From Deltaproteobacteria bacterium TL4 (GTDB lineage: Bacteria > SAR324 > NAC60-12), in the NCBI GenBank assembly GCA_051382335.1, contig JBBCAX010000270.1, forward strand, positions 1 to 41,496: a DNA stretch of 41,496 nt, read 5' to 3'. Below, piece by piece: positions 1 to 9,100 of the stretch; positions within the stretch are counted from its first letter, which is position 1; every line of letters begins with the position of its first letter. The notes beneath the pieces are model-generated. The model saw nothing but the letters and a program-made list of their open reading frames with translations, was not told where the DNA came from and searched no databases. A program made the position numbers and the translations under genes.

Positions 1-135
1 TCGATCCAAATTATCAACATCGGGAAACATCCTTGATGCGATTGGATAGAGAACTGAGGAGCGGGATATAAAGAAGGTGGCTGTTTATGTGATTGAAATC
101 ATAGTATTTAAAACACGAACACTTATGAGTGGGCA

Positions 136-1056
136 TTATTGGCTCGGTTTGTGGTAATAGGATTCAAGCAGCGCATTGGCCAGTGTTTGAGGATCGTCAT
201 TAAATGAAAATTGAATCAGTCCTGCCGTATCAGACAGCGCAATTGCCGGAAAGGTTTTTGAGACCTGTTCAATGGCATGATACAGGACGCTTTCTGTGAG
301 TTTGAAGACCCTACCGGGACTGCCGTTATTGTACAACAACCGCGACATGGAAATGGTTTGTGTCTTCTCTGCGCTGATCGCTGAAAATTCAAGACATGCG
401 GCGACAATGATTTTTGAGGCAAGCCCTGGTTTGCTGCCAGACTGAAAGACGTAGTGACTGCTTCCCGTCTGATGAATGAGTGACAGTTCCGCAAAGGGGC
501 AATCCAGGGTTTCTTCAGTCAGTTTGTTTTGCGATTGTCTCACATACATTCTGAGCAAACAGTGAATGTCTTTCTTCACAGAGGACTCATTGATTTTGAG
601 TTTTGGAAAAGCTTCACGAATGCCCGCTGAGAGATTATGGAGCAAATCTTCTTGAGTGAATTCCGCTTGCCGTAAGCAGTTAAAGGTGAGGTACCAGACT
701 GTCGCAGAGGAAGGCAGTTTGAGTAAATACCAATGAAGCAGCCATAACGATCCGGAATCTTCCAGGAACGGGTCCCAGCCCGCATCGTGCAAAAGTGCCT
801 TGCCGAAAGCAGTTGGCCGGAAAACCCCTTGTTCGTCATCAATGATTTTGTAGGCTTTACACCAGTAACGGATGGCTTTGACCATGTTCTTGCCAACCCC
901 TAACGTGACTGGAGCCTCTTCTTTAGAAAAAATTTCCTGATCTTTTGACGCCTTATCAAAGCCCTTTTTCAGCCAGCCGAAACGTGGATGAAAGGTCTCA
1001 TGCCTGGCAAAAACTGGAGTGCATTGATCAATGTACGTAGGAGGCTGTGAAGGCAT
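136..1056 (-). CDS. DUF4007 family protein (SspB-like / BREX type 4 BrxP N-terminal-like)
   Basis: N-terminal FARHETFHPRFGWLKKG, LGVGKNMVKAIRYW and WDPFLED..SLWLLHWYL are the DUF4007 signature segments; 306 aa fits a stand-alone DUF4007 protein. Confidence 0.85.
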   Translation of the reverse strand: MPSQPPTYIDQCTPVFARHETFHPRFGWLKKGFDKASKDQEIFSKEEAPVTLGVGKNMVKAIRYWCKAYKIIDDEQGVFRPTAFGKALLHDAGWDPFLEDSGSLWLLHWYLLKLPSSATVWYLTFNCLRQAEFTQEDLLHNLSAGIREAFPKLKINESSVKKDIHCLLRMYVRQSQNKLTEETLDCPFAELSLIHQTGSSHYVFQSGSKPGLASKIIVAACLEFSAISAEKTQTISMSRLLYNNGSPGRVFKLTESVLYHAIEQVSKTFPAIALSDTAGLIQFSFNDDPQTLANALLESYYHKPSQ

Positions 1057-1175
1057 AATGGATTTCTAAGTTCTTGAAAAATTCTTGGAAAAAATAGAGA
1101 ACTGTGCATCCTTATGCCAGATCAGGGTTAATGTCAAAATGAAATTTCTCGAGCTGTGCAGGTGGTTTGAAAATT

Positions 1176-1277
1176 AATCACGAAAAACACGAAATAAATG
1201 ATTTTTTAATAAATGAATTCCTCCGTGAAACCCTATTTTGCAGGTTTTATTTCGTGTTTTTAGTGTTTTTCGTGGTT
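1176..1277. repeat. Imperfect inverted repeat built from CACGAAAAA-type units (intergenic palindromic element)
   Basis: Left arm AATCACGAAAAACACGAAATAAA; the reverse complement of the right arm reads AACCACGAAAAACACTAAAAACACGAAATAAAA. Confidence 0.7.
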
Positions 1278-1313
1278 AAAAAAAGGACTACCGGTCTAAA
1301 GTGGGACAAAAAC

Positions 1314-1401
1314 GTAGGTTGGGTAGAGCGTAGCGAAACCCAACGAAAAACGGACATTACTGCCTGAATGTTGGGTTTCGCTACCGCTCTACCCAACCTA
1401 C
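1314..1401. repeat. GTAG-type REP doublet (REPIN-like)
   Basis: GTAGGTTGGGTAGAGCGTAGCGAAACCCAAC (1314-1344) recurs inverted at 1370-1401 with a single extra base. Each arm starts with GTAG and has its own GTTGGGT...ACCCAAC hairpin. Confidence 0.85.
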
Positions 1402-1542
1402 TGAAATGATGGCTGTCCCGTCTTAGGCCAGTAGCCAAAAAAAGGTACCTGCACAGGTGGAAATCTTTTCATACTTATTCTTTTCATATGCCTTAAGCGG
1501 CGGCACCCTACTTAGGCTCAACTTCTATTCTTGGACAATCAC

Positions 1543-2280
1543 CTAGTCCGTATCATGATCAAAGAGATAGCCAACAGCTCTGAGACTTTTGAAGTAGACA
1601 GGGTCTTGAGGCTTTACTTCAAAATATTTACGCAATCTCACAATGAAGTTGTCTACCGTTCGCGTGGAGGTATTGTGCGAATAACCCCAGCCGATTTCCA
1701 GTAATTTCTCCCGTGAAAGCGGAATCCCCCGATTGACAATGAACAATTTTAATAATTTAATTTCCTGTTCGGTTAGGATGATGATCCCTGATTGACAATA
1801 AGCGGTAGACAATTCAAAATCTATTTTGTTTGTTCCAAAATTGTAGGTTTTGATTTTGGAGGCCAATTTTGTTTGATTTTCCGTTTCATCCGCGGAATTC
1901 CAGGAGGATCGATTGAGTAGCCGCTCTACCCTTAATAAAAATTCATCAAGATTAAAGGGTTTTGAAAGATAATCATCAACTCCGTAGGTAAATCCTTTGA
2001 CTTTATCATCGGAGGTCCCTTTGGCGGACAAGATCAAAATGGGAATTCGCTCGTTTTTAAGGCGAATGTTTTGAAGCACAGCCAGTCCATCCATTGCAGG
2101 AAGCATCAAATCCAAAACAATCAAATCCGGTGAAAATTCTTTCCATTTTTGCAGTCCGGAAAGGCCATCTTCCGCGACGAGAACCTCATAACCCTGTAGT
2201 GATAAATTCAATTGAAGACCATCGGCAATATGCTGCTCATCTTCAATAACCAAAACTCTTTTTTTTTCTGATTTATTCAT
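1543..2280 (-). CDS. OmpR/PhoB-family DNA-binding response regulator
   Basis: REC domain (VLVIEDE, LIVLDLMLP, ILSAK, DDYLSKPF) plus winged-helix output (LTEQEIKLL, TRTVDNFIVRLRKYFE, LRAVGY). ATG at 2280 preferred; an alternative GTG start is at 2307. Confidence 0.93.
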   Translation of the reverse strand: MNKSEKKRVLVIEDEQHIADGLQLNLSLQGYEVLVAEDGLSGLQKWKEFSPDLIVLDLMLPAMDGLAVLQNIRLKNERIPILILSAKGTSDDKVKGFTYGVDDYLSKPFNLDEFLLRVERLLNRSSWNSADETENQTKLASKIKTYNFGTNKIDFELSTAYCQSGIIILTEQEIKLLKLFIVNRGIPLSREKLLEIGWGYSHNTSTRTVDNFIVRLRKYFEVKPQDPVYFKSLRAVGYLFDHDTD

Positions 2281-2344
2281 AGTGCTTCTTTTGTTTGGAA
2301 CAGACACTCTTTAAAAAAAGGGTGCAAGGTAGGGAACAATCCCT

Positions 2345-3316
2345 CTACCCTCCGGGTTTCATAGGGAAACTCAAGGTAAAGAGGGCCCCCCTGCCTTCTT
2401 TTCCAACTTTTGCAGTGATGGTTCCTTTATGGATCTGCGTAATGTTTTGAACTAAATATAAACCTAACCCTGAACCTTTCACATTCATGGAATGAGCTTT
2501 TACTCCCTGGTAAAAGAGCTTAAAAATCTTTTTACGCTCTGAGTTCTCAATACCAATCCCATTATCTTCAAAGTAAAGACATAAACGATTCTTGGTCAAT
2601 TCAAAGGTGATGTCAACAATAGGCGTAGTGGATTCATTATATTTAACAGAGTTACTGAGTAAATTCATCAATAACATTTCAAATAAAGAAGGGTTGATGG
2701 GATAGGGGCAGGAACGGTTCAAAGGGTTATGAATGTTGATTTCACAATTGGGAAAAAGATGCTGATTGTTTTTGCAAAAATGGGTGATGAATTCAAAAAG
2801 ATCCAGTGTCCTAAACTCGCCGCCGTAAGTTTTACTTTCAATTCTGGCAAGGTTCAAAATCCGATTGATATTATCAGTAAGCCGGTCGACATCCTGAATC
2901 ATATAACCAATGTATTTCGTTTGATCTGCTCGAGGGAGTTCATGTTTTAAAAAGGTTTCCAAGTACAGTTTTATAGAGGTGACAGGCGTTTTTAACTCAT
3001 GCGTAAAATTGTTGATGAACTTCCGCTGCATCAGATAAAGGTGGGACGTTTTTTGATTATAGACATAGATGACAAAGATTCCCGTAAAAATAATACCGAC
3101 CAGAATCGAAAGAACCAGAATCACAACCCATGCGGGAGAATTTAGAACTTGAGCGGGGTCCAAATTAAATTTAAGGGCCACTTCTTCAAGTCCCGCACTG
3201 ATCTCCATGTACCAGTAGATATACAAAATGAGGGATAAGGAAAGGGCAACAATGGAGTAGATTAAGATCAGAAAAGGATGAAAGATCCATTTGGAGTGAT
3301 TCATTTTCATATACAT
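2345..3316 (-). CDS. Sensor histidine kinase (2 TM, HisKA, HATPase_c)
   Basis: Two hydrophobic helices around a short loop; H-box FTHELKTP, N-box NLLSNSVKY, G1 DNGIGI, G2 GSGLGL; adjacent to the cognate regulator. Confidence 0.92.
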   Translation of the reverse strand: MYMKMNHSKWIFHPFLILIYSIVALSLSLILYIYWYMEISAGLEEVALKFNLDPAQVLNSPAWVVILVLSILVGIIFTGIFVIYVYNQKTSHLYLMQRKFINNFTHELKTPVTSIKLYLETFLKHELPRADQTKYIGYMIQDVDRLTDNINRILNLARIESKTYGGEFRTLDLFEFITHFCKNNQHLFPNCEINIHNPLNRSCPYPINPSLFEMLLMNLLSNSVKYNESTTPIVDITFELTKNRLCLYFEDNGIGIENSERKKIFKLFYQGVKAHSMNVKGSGLGLYLVQNITQIHKGTITAKVGKEGRGALFTLSFPMKPGG

Positions 3317-3345
3317 AGGTATGATCTGTCAAAAACAAGGACTAC

Positions 3346-3648
3346 TCAGGGAAAAAAACGAGTATACTGCGAGATTTTCAAGACTCTAACGGCATCCCTG
3401 TCAATCCTGACAAACAGCAAGTACCCTTCATTGGGATCCAAGCTATCCAACTCAAGCCCTAATATTTCCAAGACGTAAAGCGGAACAGAATCGTCAATCC
3501 GTTGGAGTGATGACAGTTCTTCTCCATGAACTTTAATCAGAATAGCATTGGAACGAATCTTTTCTACATGTTGTCCGAAACCAGCATCCTTCAATTCTTT
3601 CAGTTGATACGCAACTGATTTTTCGTAAAGCAATCTCCGAAACTTCAT
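3346..3648 (-). CDS. Putative type II toxin, divergent RelE/ParE-like
   Basis: 100 aa; the start overlaps the antitoxin stop (ATGA). Predicted beta-alpha-alpha-beta-beta-beta pattern (RLLYEKS / VAYQLKEL / LYVLEI / YLLFVRI / VRVLKIS) resembles RelE/ParE topology. Confidence 0.5.
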   Translation of the reverse strand: MKFRRLLYEKSVAYQLKELKDAGFGQHVEKIRSNAILIKVHGEELSSLQRIDDSVPLYVLEILGLELDSLDPNEGYLLFVRIDRDAVRVLKISQYTRFFP

Positions 3649-3890
3649 GAAATTGAATCCTCCAATATCCGGTCCAGCTCTTCTTCACTCACATATTCCA
3701 GGTTTTCATAGTCTCCAGCGAGTGTTTTTGCCTTTTGATATTGGGCCTCTTTCCACAAATTATACATTTCTTTGTACATCTCAAATGGAACAATCACGGA
3801 AAGCGCTTTCCCATTTTTTGAGAGGATGGTCGGAGTGTGGGCTGTGGCTAATGCACTGAGTTTAGGTTTTGCTTCACTAATAGCAATCAT
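3645..3890 (-). CDS. Phd/YefM-family antitoxin
   Basis: ISEAKPKLSAL...PTILSKNGKALSVIVPFEMY matches the Phd/YefM N-terminal pattern; acidic C-terminal tail; 81 aa. Confidence 0.85.
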   Translation of the reverse strand: MIAISEAKPKLSALATAHTPTILSKNGKALSVIVPFEMYKEMYNLWKEAQYQKAKTLAGDYENLEYVSEEELDRILEDSIS

Positions 3891-3941
3891 CGTTTACCCC
3901 GGATTGGTTTTATTGGGACTATAGTTTAATACCTAAATATA

Positions 3942-3969
3942 AGTATAATATACAGCAATGATATGTCAA
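3942..3969 (-). promoter_or_regulatory. Sigma70-type promoter of the antitoxin-toxin operon
   Basis: Minus strand TTGACA (3969-3964), 16 nt spacer, TATACT (3947-3942), about 50 nt upstream of the antitoxin ATG. Confidence 0.65.
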
Positions 3970-4023
3970 GTGACACTTTGGGGAGACGGTAATCGACCAA
4001 AGTGGGATTCCGTACCAACCACA

Positions 4024-5046
4024 CTATGACGATTTTGCCAAACGTTGCAGCAGGAGCACAACGATGAAACCAACAACCATCATGCCTATGGCCATACCCA
4101 ACTGGATATCCAGTTGAGGGAGAATATTCTGCTCACGGAGGATATGCTCTTTGCCTTGGATGATTGTGGTTTCCAGGACTTCTTTCCAGGGCCATACTTT
4201 GCGCATTGCTCCGATCATGAATCCCATTAAGATGGCCATCGTCGCTGTATAATGATGTTCCAGCAAGTAGCTTAAAAACCTGGAAAATCCAATAATTCCG
4301 ATGAGACAGCCTGTGCTGAAAATAATGATAATTAGCAGGTTTTGAAGATCAAAAGGGTTTTTGACGGCTCCTGTAATAAAAGCATATTTCCCCAAAATCA
4401 ACAGCAGAAAAGAACCACTGATCCCTGGTAGGATCATGGCGCAGATGGCGATTATGCCTGAAAACAAAATAAACCACCACGTTTCAGGCGTCTGAACAGG
4501 GATCAATCCAACAAAAGCATACGCGGCCACAATTCCTACAGACATGAAAATTGAGGCTGTGCTTTTCCAGTTTTTGATTTCTTGACCGACCACAATGATG
4601 GACGCACTGATCAAACCAAAAAAGAGAGACCAGGTGGGGATAGGATGTTCACTCAACAAAAAATGCATCAACCTTGCGGTACTGATGATCGCAAGCAGAA
4701 TCCCAAAAAGTAAAGGAATTAAAAATCGCAGGTGCACGACGCCTAGGGCCTGTTTGAATTGAAAACGAAAGAAAAACTGGAGACACGTCATATTGACAGA
4801 CTGAATGGCATCCAGTAATTTTTGATAAATTCCGGTAATGAAGGCAATAGTCCCTCCTGAAACACCGGGAATGATGTCGGCGGTTCCCATGCAAATCCCT
4901 TTTAAAAAAAGTATCCCTGTTTCTTTGGGGGTATTGGGACCAGGACTGGCATTCCAGGCGTCTTGCCACGTATTTATAGAGGAACCCTCACCGGATCGGG
5001 GTTGAGGCGATTTACCGTCAGATATTGGAGTATTTGATGAAGACAT
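4024..5046 (-). CDS. DUF368 membrane protein (undecaprenyl-phosphate translocase, PopT-like)
   Basis: Duplicated motifs MGTADIIPGVSGGTIAFITGIY and AMILPGISGSFLLLILGKY; polytopic membrane protein. Confidence 0.9.
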   Translation of the reverse strand: MSSSNTPISDGKSPQPRSGEGSSINTWQDAWNASPGPNTPKETGILFLKGICMGTADIIPGVSGGTIAFITGIYQKLLDAIQSVNMTCLQFFFRFQFKQALGVVHLRFLIPLLFGILLAIISTARLMHFLLSEHPIPTWSLFFGLISASIIVVGQEIKNWKSTASIFMSVGIVAAYAFVGLIPVQTPETWWFILFSGIIAICAMILPGISGSFLLLILGKYAFITGAVKNPFDLQNLLIIIIFSTGCLIGIIGFSRFLSYLLEHHYTATMAILMGFMIGAMRKVWPWKEVLETTIIQGKEHILREQNILPQLDIQLGMAIGMMVVGFIVVLLLQRLAKSS

Positions 5047-5093
5047 AGGAAAAGTTCAGATGGATAGGAATCAGAAAGTATGAAAGGGATAAA

Positions 5094-5181
5094 TAACGAC
5101 TCAGCCACGGATAAACGCGGAGCCTTTAAGAGACAAGCCTTTCCTCTGCGTTAATCTTCGAAAAGCTGCGGCTGAGAGTTA
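5094..5181. repeat. Imperfect intergenic inverted repeat (ACGCAGAG-type element)
   Basis: TAACGACTCAGCCACGGATAAACGCGGAG versus the reverse complement of the right arm, TAACTCTCAGCCGCAGCTTTTCGAAGATTAACGCAGAG. Confidence 0.55.
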
Positions 5182-5244
5182 CACGAATAATAATGTATCT
5201 TTGGATATACAACAAGGCCGGTTGTATAAGGATTTCTTGAAAGA

Positions 5245-5667
5245 TCAAACCAAATATGCCGATTTACAGTCTTCAATGTAAAAATGTTCCTGATATGCGG
5301 TTGCCATGACCTCCATGAATTCCTGTCGGAAGTCTTCCGCCTTAAGTTTTTCTCTTAATTTTTTACAAAACTCTCTGAGTTTTAAAACATTTCCACAGCA
5401 TTCACGAATGAATAAATTAACGAAGATTTGGAGTTCCCACAAAAATTCTTTCCGTGTCAATTCCAATAATAAACAATCTCCGCCACGGTTGATGAAAAAT
5501 TCCAAAGTAAAACGATCCACTAATTCAAAAAAATCATCGCCTAAGGCTCCCATCGAATGAACTTCGTTGGGCGTTAGTCGGGTTCTGAGATTATCATAAA
5601 AGGTGTTGTATAAAAATTCTCTGTCAATGGATTGATCTTCTAGGGGTTGTTTTTGAATGATTTCCAT
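5245..5667 (-). CDS. Hypothetical helical protein (140 aa)
   Basis: ATG at 5667 is preceded by a GGAGA ribosome-binding site. The part from MEIIQKQP onward is protein-like and charged; the longer ORF to 5883 looks like spurious extension. Confidence 0.65.
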   Translation of the reverse strand: MEIIQKQPLEDQSIDREFLYNTFYDNLRTRLTPNEVHSMGALGDDFFELVDRFTLEFFINRGGDCLLLELTRKEFLWELQIFVNLFIRECCGNVLKLREFCKKLREKLKAEDFRQEFMEVMATAYQEHFYIEDCKSAYLV

Positions 5668-6015
5668 TTTTCTCCGTTTCTGTGTACTCATTAGTTTTCC
5701 ATCTGCGCAGCTTAGTCCCCAGCATTTCTCCCGTTTTGCTGGATTCCCATTTTCCTTCACGATACCAACCTGCCTAGTAAAAAATACCAAGTTTAAACAA
5801 CTACTTTTGAGAAATGCAAAGATCGTGACAGCTTGAACTTTAAAAGAAAGTTTACTGATGTCCCGTTCTTTTTTGATTGCCACTAAGACGCAAAGTCGCT
5901 AAGAACAAGGAGTAATTTGAAAGGTTATGGCGTTGGAAAGTTGTTGACCGTTCGAGCTCAGAATTCTTCAATGGATGGCCATGGAGACCAGAAAATTTTG
6001 CATAACATCGGTAGC

Positions 6016-6118
6016 TATAGATGTTCAGAAATTAAATTGCGGTAGAGCAGGCATCCTGCCTGCACAAACAGGCAAGGATGCCTGTTCCACCGTGAAATTA
6101 TTTAAATGCATGTCTATA
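6016..6118. repeat. REP/MITE-like long inverted repeat
   Basis: Core GGTAGAGCAGGCATCCTGCCTG ... CAGGCAAGGATGCCTGTTCCACC, flanked by imperfect outer arms TATAGATGTTCAGAAATTAAATTGC / GTGAAATTATTTAAATGCATGTCTATA. Confidence 0.75.
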
Positions 6119-6146
6119 CTATACAATTTCCTGAAATATTTCTTGA

Positions 6147-9100
6147 TTGGAACAATATATGAGGGGTATGACTCGTTTGCCAATGAGGCTTCTTTTCTGG
6201 CATAAACTGTTTTTTTTACTGGCCTGTTCTATTCTTATCCTGGCCCTGAGACTGACCTTTGAAACATGGAAATCCTTTGATCGAGCCAGTGACCAAATTG
6301 GTGAAGAAGGAAAAATAATCCTGTCAAAACAGACCCAATCTTTTCTATTAGAGTGGGTCAAAACACAACAGAAAATGCAGGCACAACAGTTGATTCATGC
6401 ACAGAATTCTGCTATTTATGGTGCTGAATTTATGAGTGAAATCATGAATTCCACAAAACCGCTCAAAGCCAAAATCGATCACTTACTGAGCTTGTTATTG
6501 CAACCTGCGGAACACAACATCCAGGCTTATGTCGTATTGACCACTGGAGAGATCTGGGAGTATCCCCATAGTGATCTGAAGTCAAAATTTTCCCCCGAAT
6601 TTAACCTGAATCAAGTAAAGTTTTTTCCTCCCTTATCGGCTTTTCAACAACCTCAGCGCTCTGTTTTGTGGAGTCAGGTTCATGTTCACCCTGCGGACAT
6701 CAGAAAAGATCTGGTAATTGATGCGATTGCTCCCATTTGGCTGGACCAACAGCTAAGGGGGTTCGTTGGAATCTCTATTTCTATAGAAAAATTAATCACC
6801 CAATTAAATCAACAGCAGCATGTGCCTGGGAGTTATTTTTTTATATTGGATAGGGAGCAGCATCTGATTGCCTCATCACCTCAGGGGAAAAGGGATCTGG
6901 CACCCCCAGAACAACTCGAAAACCAGGATAGGATTGAGCTTAAGGAGACAGGAAATCCTGATTTAAACCAAATCTTGAGAAATATGGCTCTTGGCGAAGC
7001 TTCCCTGAAGGAGGTTTTGATTAAAAATAAACCCACCTATCTGGCTTATCATCCCCTAAAAAATATCAATTGGAGTCTGGGTCTTGTGGTTCCGGTAGAA
7101 AGGGCTACGGCTAACGCGGTTGAGTTGGTGAAAGTGATCGACGTCAATACACATCAAGTGCTCCTGGAAATGGTGTTATGGACGGGGATTTTGTTGATAC
7201 TCACTATTACGATAGGAGGTTTTCTGGTTCGACAGCTGATGGCTCCTCTGAATGAACTGAAAACGGTGACGGAAAGGATTGCGACTGGAGATTTAAAGCA
7301 ACGCGTCAAGGTGACCAGTGATGATGAAATCGGAGCTTTGGGCAGTACAATCAATCTGATGGCGGATCAACTCCAAATTTTGATCAGTCGCCTGGAACAA
7401 TCCGTGATTGACTTGAAAAAAGCTGATAAAATGAAAGATGAATTTCTCGCAAAAACATCCCATGAATTACGAACCCCTCTTCACGGAATTATCGGACTGG
7501 TAGAATCGCTTCAGGATGGTACCAAAGGACCGGTTTCAACGGAACAGCTTCACGATCTGCAAATGATCCGTCAGAGTGGAAAAAGATTAGCCCATCTGGT
7601 CAATGATATTCTGGATCTTTCTAAAATGAAAAACCATGAGTTATCCCTACAGTTAAAACCGGTAGATGTCAAATCAGTCGCTCAGCTCAGTTTGAATCTT
7701 TCACACTTTTTAATTCAGCAAAAATCAATCCAACTGATTAATCGTATTCCCGACAACCTTCCTCTTGTAGAAGCCGATGAGAATCGACTCCAGCAAATTA
7801 TTCTAAACCTCACCGGAAACGCCATCAAATTTACTCCTCAGGGACAGGTCGCGATTGATGCCCAAAAGGAAGATGACTCTGTCAGAATCTCTGTTTCTGA
7901 CACAGGGATTGGCATTGCCGAAGACAAGTTAGAGCAGATATTTGAGTCTTTTGAACAGGCTGATGGTTCCGTTTCCCGTCTCTACGGAGGAACGGGACTG
8001 GGCTTAACCATCACCAAACAATTGATTGAACTGCATGGCGGAAAAATTGAAGTGCAAAGTCAAGAGGGGCAAGGTTCTACTTTTTCTTTTCGACTGCCCC
8101 TTGCCAAAAATCAGCAGCGATCGGTTGACGTCTCTGGACTTTCCAAAATCAAGGAGAGTTTTCTGAAAAAATCGGAAAATATTTCCATTCTGATAAAACC
8201 CAATCGAGACGAAGATGCGGTCAAAAGCATTTTAGTGGTCGATGATGAACCTGTTAATTTACAGATTCTGATCAACCACCTCTCCCTGCACCCTTTTAAG
8301 ATCTATACGGCTAATAATGGTCAGGAAGCCCTGGAAAAAATCGAAGAGCACAAACCGGACTTACTGCTGCTGGATGTGATGATGCCAAGAATGACGGGTT
8401 TCGAGGTTTGTATCAAAGTACGCGAGCAGTATAACGCGACGCAGTTGCCTATCATTTTATTGACAGCTAAAAATCAGGTGGATGATTTATTGGAAGGTTT
8501 TGACAGTGGCGCGAATGATTATTTATCAAAACCTTTTTCGAAAAGCGAACTGTTAGCCAGAGCGAATACACACATCCGATTGTCCGAGTTGACGTTGCAG
8601 ATGGTGGAAAAAAGTCGAATGGAAGCGGAATTAAGAACAGCGGCTGCTATGCAGAGTGTTCTCTTCCCCAAAAACAATCCTCACTACCTTCAATTGGAAA
8701 TTGCTGGATTTAATCAGTCGGCTGAAGAAACAGGAGGAGATTGGTATGGTTTTATCACCAAACTGGAAAATCATCTCTATATCCTGATTGGTGACGTTAC
8801 CGGACACGGCGTTCCGGCGGCTCTGATTACCGCCTCAGTCTATGGCGCAGTCCGTCTGATTGAGGACTTTTGTCAAAAAAGTTCCCGTATCCTCTCTCCC
8901 TGCGAGATTAATGCGATCCTGAATGACATCGTCAGTTATACGGTTCCCGATGCCTATTATATGACCTTTTACACAGTGCATATCGATTTAATAACAGGCT
9001 TGATGAGTTATTCCGATGCGGGGCATGGACATGCACTTCTGGTTCGAAATCAGTGTCGGATACCTCTGGTAGAAGAAGGCGGCCCCATGTTGGGCATTAT

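Noticed and set aside
14..136. 40-codon minus-strand ORF overlapping the DUF4007 stop (TAATG)
   Set aside because: Too short and shows no resemblance to an SspC-like ATPase N-terminus.
1167..1438. ORFs 1167-1367 (+) and 1247-1438 (-)
   Set aside because: They are translations of the palindromic repeats (VGWVERSETQ, TTKNTKNTK), not proteins.
5975..6361. ORFs 5975-6205 (+) and 6119-6361 (-)
   Set aside because: The first runs through the REP-like element (AGILPA...GKDACST); the second is antisense to the kinase.
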